A DNA stretch of 61,087 nucleotides from Candidatus Woesearchaeota archaeon. Lineage in GTDB: Archaea > Nanobdellota > Nanobdellia > Woesearchaeales > WJIZ01. The position numbers and the translations under genes are program-made. Position 1 is the stretch's first letter. The number at the start of each line of letters is the position of its first letter. Below the pieces are notes generated by a model. That model was not told the DNA's origin and did no database searches. It saw nothing but the letters and a program-made list of their open reading frames with translations. The stretch spans positions 1-61,087 of the forward strand of contig JAAOYF010000027.1 in the NCBI GenBank assembly GCA_018221205.1, in the 5' to 3' direction. This document shows positions 54,574 to 61,087 of the stretch, one piece after another.

Positions 54574-54960
54574 ATGGTAGTACTATTTGACATATTTAAT
54601 TTACCAGATGATATCTTTGAAGTAGTGTTTGCTACGAAACAGCAGAAGATCATCGCAAAAGTCCTTATTGTGGCGATGAAAAATAACCATAATTCTTTTA
54701 CCAAGACTGAGATGAGTTTCTTGGCTACCCAGCTTCATGAAGGCAAGTATGTTACAGAGATTGATGAGCCAGAGTATAAAGGCAAGAAAGTCAAATTAAG
54801 CTATAATAAAAGGCAGTTCTATGATAGAATCCTGACTCCGATGAAGAGTATGGGATTGATCTATTATGATCTGTACAAGAAAACATATTCACTTTCTGAT
54901 CGCTTTAACAAGGAGCTGCAGAAGATCGGCATGATGTGGCTTCATGAATTGAAAAAATAG
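54574..54960 (+). CDS. Hypothetical protein, possible winged-helix DNA binding
   Basis: 128-aa ORF preceded by GGGGGT. No firm motif; the wHTH assignment is a guess from helical pattern. Confidence 0.35.
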   Translation: MVVLFDIFNLPDDIFEVVFATKQQKIIAKVLIVAMKNNHNSFTKTEMSFLATQLHEGKYVTEIDEPEYKGKKVKLSYNKRQFYDRILTPMKSMGLIYYDLYKKTYSLSDRFNKELQKIGMMWLHELKK

Positions 54961-54962
54961 AT

Positions 54963-55083
54963 TTATTCTAATTGCACGTAGAAGTAATACTCGAGCATTT
55001 TCAAATCCTCGGCAAAGAGTACCACATCTTCATTACATTCGGAGTGGCACAGACAAATCACTTATTCTAACTGCACGTAGAAG
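54963..55083. repeat. Element D: 22-nt direct repeat (21/22) duplicating a gene 3' end, flanking a 77-nt insert
   Basis: ttattctaaTtgcacgtagaag (54963..54984) and ttattctaaCtgcacgtagaag (55062..55083). The second copy is the reverse complement of ...FYVQLE-stop. The insert shares the 16-nt CAAATCCTCGGCAAAG with element C. Confidence 0.85.
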
Positions 55084-55820
55084 AAGTAGTCAGTAGGAGT
55101 GTCATCTCCTAAACGTCCATTCTCTGCAACGATCATCTGGAAATTCCAGATATTACCATCAAAACCGACTATGCCATCAGGCTGGATGATCGAAGTATAG
55201 ATAGGGATGTTGGCAGTGAGGTCATATAATATCAGCTCCTGATATGTGTCTTTAGAGCTTTGGTTTGAGCTATTATATAGATAGGCTGTCGGGCAGGTCT
55301 GATTGATACGGGTGGTACCGATATAGAAATCATCATAATCGGCTGTGAGATTGAACGTCTCGTTGATACCGTCTGATGCTGTTGCTGGGATATCTAATGA
55401 TGATTCATATGCTGATATATCAAGATAGAGCCCGCCTGTCCTGGTGAAATTATAGCATTCTATATTACCGTCTGAGAAGTCTACCTCAGATGTTGAAGCA
55501 TAGATCTGGCCTGAAGGATTAGAGGTCTGCCAGTCATAGAGGGTGTATCCACTAGAGTCTCCTAACTGGATCTTTCCGGTGACGTTTCCATAATAACCCT
55601 GCCATGTCTTTGTTGTGGTCCAGGCATAGATATTCAACTGGCTCACATTACCTGCAATCGCTGACAAAGTGTCAGAAGCAGTGGACGGCCTTCTTGTGGA
55701 GTCCACTATGGTCAGGTTCTTTGCACCCTCTGGAAGATTCACTGATAGCGCTGATAGGCTCTGGATTATCAAGAGGATTAGGAGAATGATTCCAAGCCTG
55801 TTTATCATCTTCTTTTTCAT
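55062..55820 (-). CDS. Secreted W-x-G-Y-Y-G-N-V-T-G family protein, paralog 4
   Basis: 252-aa ORF with a signal peptide. Core motif TWQGYYGNVTGKIQLGDSSGYTLYDWQTSNPSGQIYAST. C-terminal motifs WNFQMIVAE and YFFYVQLE followed by the stop. It is closest to paralog 1. Confidence 0.75.
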   Translation of the reverse strand: MKKKMINRLGIILLILLIIQSLSALSVNLPEGAKNLTIVDSTRRPSTASDTLSAIAGNVSQLNIYAWTTTKTWQGYYGNVTGKIQLGDSSGYTLYDWQTSNPSGQIYASTSEVDFSDGNIECYNFTRTGGLYLDISAYESSLDIPATASDGINETFNLTADYDDFYIGTTRINQTCPTAYLYNSSNQSSKDTYQELILYDLTANIPIYTSIIQPDGIVGFDGNIWNFQMIVAENGRLGDDTPTDYFFYVQLE

Positions 55821-56278
55821 TTCTTCTTGATCCTCTGCATGACTGTCCAGATGGTCTGATAATCCCGTTTGAGGATTCCTGATATCTCTGTCAGCGTAAA
55901 GCCTTTTTTATGCAAGTGAGAGATGAGGTTTTCGAGAACTGAGAGTTTCTTATTCTGGAATATTGAGATAGGAATTGTCTTTTTCGAGCTTTTATCGAGC
56001 TCCCAAGGATATTTTCTGTTCGCACGGCCGAGGGTGGTCCTCAGCGGCTTCACTTCTCTGTTCAGCAAGTAGGAAATCTCTTTCAGGCTGAATCCATTTT
56101 CGTCAAGATATTTTACAATACCCTCTAGAGAGCCCAGACGCATGTTGAAAATCGAGAAAGGTATTTTGGTGGTCTCCTTTCCTATGATGTTGAGAATCTC
56201 TTTTGCGTTCAGATCGTATTTCTTCTCTAATCTCTTCAAATCCTGTTTGATCTCTTTAAATAGGGGATTTTCTGACAT
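55817..56278 (-). CDS. Tandem helix-turn-helix DNA-binding protein (paralog of 19671..20174)
   Basis: 153-aa ORF with two repeats: SLEGIVKYLDENGFSLKEISYLLNREVKPLRTTLGRANRK and SVLENLISHLHKKGFTLTEISGILKRDYQTIWTVMQRIKKK. It has an ATGA overlap with paralog 4. Confidence 0.65.
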   Translation of the reverse strand: MSENPLFKEIKQDLKRLEKKYDLNAKEILNIIGKETTKIPFSIFNMRLGSLEGIVKYLDENGFSLKEISYLLNREVKPLRTTLGRANRKYPWELDKSSKKTIPISIFQNKKLSVLENLISHLHKKGFTLTEISGILKRDYQTIWTVMQRIKKK

Positions 56279-56348
56279 AGTGTGTTATTTGAATACTAAT
56301 TAAGAGAATTGGTATATAAAATTAACTGTTAGAGAATACTAGGTAAGA

Positions 56349-56433
56349 GAGATTTTTGCCCGCTCACTCTGTTCGCTTAAAAACCTCGCAAAAAGCACTC
56401 AAGTGGGATATTGACTTCGTCAAGTCCCACGAA
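56349..56433. repeat. Element E: hairpin-module sequence related to element B2, no clear flanking direct repeat
   Basis: It shares GAGATTTTTGC (11/11) and CTCG[CT]AAAAAGC with B2. Terminal hairpin GTGGGA-TATTGACTTCGTCAAG-TCCCAC (56403..56430). Confidence 0.6.
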
Positions 56434-56445
56434 CTAGAATAAGAT

Positions 56446-58173
56446 TTATTTCAACTTATGGCCGCACTTCTTGCAGGTCTTCCTGAACTTATTATTCTTA
56501 TGGCCGCAGCTGTCACATTTCTTTTTCGTGATGGAAAGGAGTACAAGGATGATGAGTATGATTAAGAGGACTGTCGGCAGGTAGGTGATCAATGTCGGAC
56601 CCCTCAGCACGAGTTCGAATTCTCCTTCTATTATCTTCACTAAGGCGCTTTCACGCGCTCCGTAGAATGACCTCACTCTTATCGTCGGGTTGGCCTCGAT
56701 GTCCCGTTCATCAAGCACAGCAAGAAGCCGTGCTTTTTTTGATTTACCCGGTTTTATATCTAATATGCCTTCTGAATGGAGCGTCAAGGTCTCTCCCTGG
56801 AGGATAATGTCAATAATCTCAGTATCGACAAAGACCTCTTTCTTTCCTATATTGCCTATGACCACCTCAAAGCGTTCTTTTGATGTGTCATAATAGGCAT
56901 TTCTCAGCTCGATATCAGTATCGTCTTTGATATCCACTGTGGAAACAGCCCATCTTCCGTCCAGAATAAACTCGAGAGAATTCTTCGACTCGCCAAAAAT
57001 CGTGAAGACATCCAAGAAAGCAGAGTCTCCTACCAATGGCTCGACATCATATACTACAGTCTTGAAGCTCTGCGGACCGATGAAGATAGCGTCTAAATCA
57101 CCGAAACTCTGCTCGTTGTCACCGTCAACTAAGGTGTAGGAGCCTTTGAAATACGTCACCACCTCAGCATCATTCCTGTAAGTAACCTCGAGCTGCCTGG
57201 TGAATTTATTGTACCTTACTCCTGAGATATTCAGATCGAGGAAGACTCTCGGCACTGCAAAGATATCAAGATCCTCTACCTGGGCGATGGGTCCATCTGG
57301 GTCTCTGGCAGAGCGGGCAAATTTGACGAAGACAGAGATACCCAATTCTCTTCTTATAACAGTAGCAGTGCCGACAAGATCATTGCCTATCAATACCCCT
57401 GTATTGATGGTGGAACTTTTTACATATTCTTTTATCTTGTCAGGCACATTATTACGGCCTATGAATAATATCGGATACTGATCAGACATGAATGATTCTT
57501 CAATAAATTCACCATTCGTCAACAGAACCTGGCCAGTCTCTTTTATCTCCATATATTTTTTTACAATCTCGACATTATTTGCGAACCGATCACCATCTTC
57601 ATTGATAGTTTCAGGATTGAATCTTTCCAAAGCGTTGAATACTTCCCTGTCGATGTGGCCGTAGATAAGGATACTCTCAGGCTGGCGCTCATCCAGGAAA
57701 TCCTCTATCTCAACAATATTGGTCTTATCTGCAAATAACACATAAGATCGGGAGAGCATCGCGTATGGAGCGACTGCAATGGCATTGTAGCCGTAGGAAT
57801 CATCCAGGATGATGAAGTTCTTAATGTCATCCAGCTCACGTGCGAGTTCCAAACTGAGGGAATCAAAAACTTCTTCTTCAACACTATCAAAACCCCTGCT
57901 CTTAATCGTCGATCCATAGCCAGAAATCCAGGGAAATCTCCGTGAACTGAATACGGTCAGGTCGTCATCTGTCCGGTATCCATTGAGGATCAAGGTAGCA
58001 TGAGGAGTTGAAGTAAGAAAATCAGGTGATTTACCTATAAAATTGCCGTATATCGTACCAGAATAGACATCTTTCCAATCTTTGGAGTTTATGATCAACC
58101 TATCGGTCGCCAGGACAGGAGTGACTAATAAGATGACTACGAGTAAAAACAACCCCTTTTTCCCACAAATCAT
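56446..58173 (-). CDS. Secreted surface protein with three cell-wall-binding-2-like repeats, C-terminal TM helix and cytoplasmic zinc-ribbon tail
   Basis: 575-aa ORF with a signal peptide. Three roughly 90-aa repeats are each anchored by a hydrophobic strand (LIINSKDW..., FIILDDSYGYNAIAVAPYA..., VLLTNGEFIEESF...PILFI). TM helix LITYLPTVLLIILIILVLLSI. Tail KKKCDSCGHKNNKFRKTCKKCGHKLK. Confidence 0.55.
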   Translation of the reverse strand: MICGKKGLFLLVVILLVTPVLATDRLIINSKDWKDVYSGTIYGNFIGKSPDFLTSTPHATLILNGYRTDDDLTVFSSRRFPWISGYGSTIKSRGFDSVEEEVFDSLSLELARELDDIKNFIILDDSYGYNAIAVAPYAMLSRSYVLFADKTNIVEIEDFLDERQPESILIYGHIDREVFNALERFNPETINEDGDRFANNVEIVKKYMEIKETGQVLLTNGEFIEESFMSDQYPILFIGRNNVPDKIKEYVKSSTINTGVLIGNDLVGTATVIRRELGISVFVKFARSARDPDGPIAQVEDLDIFAVPRVFLDLNISGVRYNKFTRQLEVTYRNDAEVVTYFKGSYTLVDGDNEQSFGDLDAIFIGPQSFKTVVYDVEPLVGDSAFLDVFTIFGESKNSLEFILDGRWAVSTVDIKDDTDIELRNAYYDTSKERFEVVIGNIGKKEVFVDTEIIDIILQGETLTLHSEGILDIKPGKSKKARLLAVLDERDIEANPTIRVRSFYGARESALVKIIEGEFELVLRGPTLITYLPTVLLIILIILVLLSITKKKCDSCGHKNNKFRKTCKKCGHKLK

Positions 58174-58251
58174 ACTATTACCCGAGAGAGGGTTATTTTT
58201 AAAGTTTTCTAAAGCGCAACATTAAAAAAGATATCCTATTCTATACGGGTC

Positions 58252-59556
58252 ATGAGCAAGGCTACCCGGCAATTAATGACCTATATCAATGACCGCATAA
58301 AAAAAGGACATTCCCTGCACGGTATCGAAAAAGAGCTGATCAAACAGGGATACCCTAAACATGTGGCAGAGGGAATCATCCTCCATGTCAAATACCGGAA
58401 GAACACCTTTCAGCTCTTCGGGCTGTTGATCCTGGCAATACTTTTTGTCGCCGGAATATCCATCACTGGCTCGGGTGTCATCGGTATGGCAACAGTCAAT
58501 TATGCCCGAACCTATTCTGATACTGTCAACATTGTTGTTGAGAATCCTGATACGCTCACTTGGAACCCTTCGCAGGAAGGAGCAATCGTCTCTTTGCTGC
58601 TGACAGGACACTTTCGTGGCAACGGAAGCGCGATGGTGAGTCTCCAGAAAGAAGGAGAGGAATTAACCATCATCGATTCCTATAATGAATTCCTGTTGAA
58701 GACCTTTGAGGACACAAGATACTTTGAACTGGCATGTGAAGAGACGTGCAGCCTGGAAAATATGGGAGAGGGTCCGTATTCATTGGTATTTGATTTTAAC
58801 GGAGCAGTTGTTGAGCTGACCACTATAAACTATGACTTGATCGTCACAGAGGATGTTTCTGTTGTCCCTGAGTTCATTACCATACCTTCACAGATCACGA
58901 CAGAAGACTCCACACTCAGTTTTGACCTGAGCACCTTCTTCACTTCTTCAGCAGAGGTCGTCTACAACGCCTTGGCTGAGGAGCAGTTCTTGGATGTTTC
59001 TGTCGAGGGAGATATTGCCACGGTGAATACTAAAAGGATCGGAAAAAGCTATGTCTATTTCATAGGAGAGATAGAGGACAGGCAATATATCTCTAATCTG
59101 GTGGAGATCGATGTCCAGGAAGGCCCGGTCAGCCAGAGATTGATCACCGGAGAGATCAAGAGCGGGACTTTTGAAGTGAAGCAGACATTTTGGGAGATAT
59201 TCCTGTTCATGCTGCTGATACTCTTCCTTGTTATTTTCATACCTATCTTTATACGGTCTGTCAGAAGGAGGCATCTGCCCAAGAAACATACGATCAAGAA
59301 GGCAGTCAAAGTTGTCAAGGAAACGGTCGATGAGCTGAAAAAGCCTATGCCTAAGAAAGAAGCACGATCATCATTGTTGGATCTATTCTATGAGCAGTGC
59401 GACAAATTTGAGGAAGCAGAGAGCAGGAAGGAGAAAGAGCGGATATATAGCAGGCTGAGAAAGATCTATACTACCATCATGAAATCTTCTCTGCGGATGA
59501 AAGATAAGAAAGTCTTATATACTAAATTAGAAGAGTATTATAAGGATCTTCAGTGA
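58252..59556 (+). CDS. Bitopic/two-TM surface protein, hypothetical
   Basis: 434-aa ORF. A cytoplasmic N-terminal helical domain is followed by TM1 (LFGLLILAILFVAGISI), a ~260-aa external region, TM2 (IFLFMLLILFLVIFIPIFI) and a basic cytoplasmic tail. Confidence 0.5.
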   Translation: MSKATRQLMTYINDRIKKGHSLHGIEKELIKQGYPKHVAEGIILHVKYRKNTFQLFGLLILAILFVAGISITGSGVIGMATVNYARTYSDTVNIVVENPDTLTWNPSQEGAIVSLLLTGHFRGNGSAMVSLQKEGEELTIIDSYNEFLLKTFEDTRYFELACEETCSLENMGEGPYSLVFDFNGAVVELTTINYDLIVTEDVSVVPEFITIPSQITTEDSTLSFDLSTFFTSSAEVVYNALAEEQFLDVSVEGDIATVNTKRIGKSYVYFIGEIEDRQYISNLVEIDVQEGPVSQRLITGEIKSGTFEVKQTFWEIFLFMLLILFLVIFIPIFIRSVRRRHLPKKHTIKKAVKVVKETVDELKKPMPKKEARSSLLDLFYEQCDKFEEAESRKEKERIYSRLRKIYTTIMKSSLRMKDKKVLYTKLEEYYKDLQ

Positions 59557-59561
59557 GTTCT

Positions 59562-59754
59562 ATGGTAAGAAACAAAGCGTTAGAAAAAACGAAAAGACAG
59601 GAGGATTTTCCAAATCCTCGGCAAAGTTACCGAAATCAAATGATTTCGGAACCTCAAGAATCTTTGATTCTTGTAGGAGCACAAGAGGGAACATTCGCTT
59701 CGCGAAGTTCCCTAAGGCAATGGTAAGAAACAAAGCGTTAGAAAAAACGAAAAG
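59562..59754. repeat. Element C: 35-nt perfect direct repeat duplicating the DRG-GTPase start, flanking a 123-nt multi-hairpin insert
   Basis: atggtaagaaacaaagcgttagaaaaaacgaaaag occurs at 59562..59596 and at 59720..59754. Insert hairpins: GAGGATTT-TCC-AAATCCTC, CCGAAATCA-AA-TGATTTCGG, CAAGAATC-TTT-GATTCTTG and GGGAAC...GTTCCC. Confidence 0.9.
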
Positions 59755-60844
59755 CAGCCTTCCGGATAGAGTGAAGGAGATTGAAGATGAGATCTCCCGC
59801 ACTAAATATAATAAGCGTACTCAAGGCCATGTCGGCCTGCTGAAAGCTAAACTCGCCCAGCTGAAGGAAAAACAGATCACTCGACGTAAAGGAAAAGGAA
59901 AGACTGAAGGATATTCTGTCAAGAAATCCGGAGACGGAACTGTCATCATAGTCGGTTTTCCTTCTGTCGGCAAAAGTACGTTGTTGAACAAAATATCAAA
60001 TGCGAAATCTCAAGTAGGAGCGTATGCTTTCACCACTCTTACTTGCATTCCAGGTATGCTTAATTATAAGGGTGCGAAGATTCAAGTCTTAGATGTTCCT
60101 GGAGTGGTTAGAGGAGCTGCTTCTGGAAAAGGCAGGGGGAAAGAAGTCTTATCTGTTGCGATGAATTCTGATCTGGTGCTTTTTGTCATTGACGTCCATA
60201 GTCCGGAGCATTATCCTATCTTATTGAAAGAGATAAGAGATAGTTATCTTCGGATCAATGAAGTAAAACCTGATGTCCGTATCAAGAAAAAATCCCGTGG
60301 AGGCATAGGTATAGGGACGACTGTCAAACTTACTCACCTGGACAAACCCACTATCAAGAAAATGCTGAATGAATTCAGGATAACCAATGCTGATGTGTTG
60401 ATCAGGAGCAATATCAATCCTGACCAATTGATCGATATCATCGAAGGGAATAAAAAGTATATCTCTGGCATTGTGGTGTTCAATAAAGTCGATATCGCTA
60501 CTCCGGCACAGATTGCTCAGGCAAAAAAGATCATCAAGCCTGATCTATTGATTTCTGCAGAGAAAGGAGAAGGAATCGATGAACTGAAGGAACTGATCTT
60601 CCAACGATTGGGTTTTATGAGGGTCTTCTGCAAAAGGCAAGGCCAGAGAGCAGATATGGGAGAGCCACTTATTATGCGCCGGGGGGATGGCCTTAAAGAG
60701 ATGTGCGAGAAATTGCATCGGGATTTTGTCACCCGCTTCAGATTTGCCCGGATCTGGGGCAGTTCTAAGTTTCCAGGGCAGGCTATCCGTAAAATGAGCT
60801 ATCCTCTGAAAGATCAGGATGTTGTTGAGCTGATCCTTGATTGA
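59720..60844 (+). CDS. Developmentally regulated GTP-binding protein (DRG/Obg-like GTPase with TGS domain)
   Basis: 374-aa ORF with G1 GFPSVGKST, G3 DVPG, G4 NKVD and a C-terminal TGS-like domain. Confidence 0.85.
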   Translation: MVRNKALEKTKSSLPDRVKEIEDEISRTKYNKRTQGHVGLLKAKLAQLKEKQITRRKGKGKTEGYSVKKSGDGTVIIVGFPSVGKSTLLNKISNAKSQVGAYAFTTLTCIPGMLNYKGAKIQVLDVPGVVRGAASGKGRGKEVLSVAMNSDLVLFVIDVHSPEHYPILLKEIRDSYLRINEVKPDVRIKKKSRGGIGIGTTVKLTHLDKPTIKKMLNEFRITNADVLIRSNINPDQLIDIIEGNKKYISGIVVFNKVDIATPAQIAQAKKIIKPDLLISAEKGEGIDELKELIFQRLGFMRVFCKRQGQRADMGEPLIMRRGDGLKEMCEKLHRDFVTRFRFARIWGSSKFPGQAIRKMSYPLKDQDVVELILD

Positions 60845-61020
60845 ATGAAAAAGGTGTCTTCGGGAGTTTCATGAAAGGCCTTTTTGGCTACAATGGGAAT
60901 CCTAGCCTTTTGGAAGTTCTTTTGTATCTTTCTTACCTTGGTCTTATCGGTCTGATGTACTGGCGTATATAGGCTAAGCCAACCATAAACTATTAAAAGA
61001 GCATATTCTAGGATAAATAT

Positions 61021-61087
61021 ATGAAGAGATTATTTCTTATTTTGGTATTGCTTTTGGTACTCTCTACTGTTTCTGCTAATCCCATGA
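61021..61087 (+). CDS. 5' end of a secreted protein gene (truncated by the window edge)
   Basis: ATG followed by MKRLFLILVLLLVLSTVSANP, a signal-peptide-like segment. Only 22 codons are visible. Confidence 0.3.
   Translation, partial: MKRLFLILVLLLVLSTVSANPM

Noticed and set aside
54963-55083. Diversity-generating retroelement VR/TR pair at the 3' end of the secreted paralog
   Set aside because: The repeat is only 22 nt with a single T/C difference (not adenine-specific). No reverse transcriptase or accessory gene is in the window.
44501-59556. Whole 45-59 kb surface-protein island as an integrated plasmid or provirus
   Set aside because: No integrase, Rep, capsid or terminase genes were seen, nor att-type repeats bounding the region. 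RHH genes and a HerA-like ATPase alone are insufficient. The idea is kept only as a hypothesis inside the individual findings.
60870-60971. 33-codon hydrophobic ORF (MKGLFGYNGNPSLLEVLLYLSYLGLIGLMYWRI) after the DRG gene
   Set aside because: It may be a remnant or a genuine micro-membrane protein. There is no recognisable start context and no evidence to call it.

Overview
This is a 61-kb archaeal chromosomal window. The archaeal assignment rests on a histone, aIF5A with deoxyhypusine synthase, aRF1, RpoP, L37Ae, L40e, Pcc1, prefoldin beta and a class-III-signal-peptide pilin. Small tightly packed genes, many ATGA start/stop overlaps and several giant surface proteins resemble small-genome (DPANN-like) archaea, but the lineage cannot be fixed from sequence alone. 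Housekeeping content: topA, nadB-nadC, a PfkB kinase, an M50 protease, Trm11, a 2-oxoacid dehydrogenase operon (E1a/E1b/E2/E3), ppsA, a DRG GTPase, and a glycogen set (debranching enzyme, eukaryote-type GT3 glycogen synthase, GT4/5 synthase, GH57). Four observations stand out. (1) A modular family of hairpin-rich 59-123 nt inserts sits exactly at gene boundaries. The inserts are flanked by long direct repeats (17-35 nt) that duplicate the start-codon or stop-codon region of the adjacent gene, or a tRNA 3' end. Loci: 22942-23050, 43079-43328, 54963-55083, 59562-59754; a related copy without clear repeats lies at 56349-56433. (2) Two minus-strand operons (45279-50562 and 50673-54240) each place two tiny ribbon-helix-helix genes in front of a giant surface protein. 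One of these giants (1287 aa) fuses an extracellular region through one TM helix to a cytoplasmic HerA/FtsK-like P-loop ATPase. (3) A secreted protein family (W-x-G-[YF]-x-G-N-[IV]-T-G ... [FY]-Y-[VI]-[EQ]-L-[EI]-stop) has four paralogs. Two of them are translationally coupled to a tandem-HTH regulator, and the N-terminus of the giant ATPase protein carries a related domain. (4) A free-standing LAGLIDADG homing-endonuclease cassette lies downstream of ppsA, next to a diverged duplicate of the last ~36 ppsA codons. A tRNA-Pro(UGG)-like gene also carries an insertion in its T-loop. No CRISPR array, rRNA, integrase or transposase was recognised.
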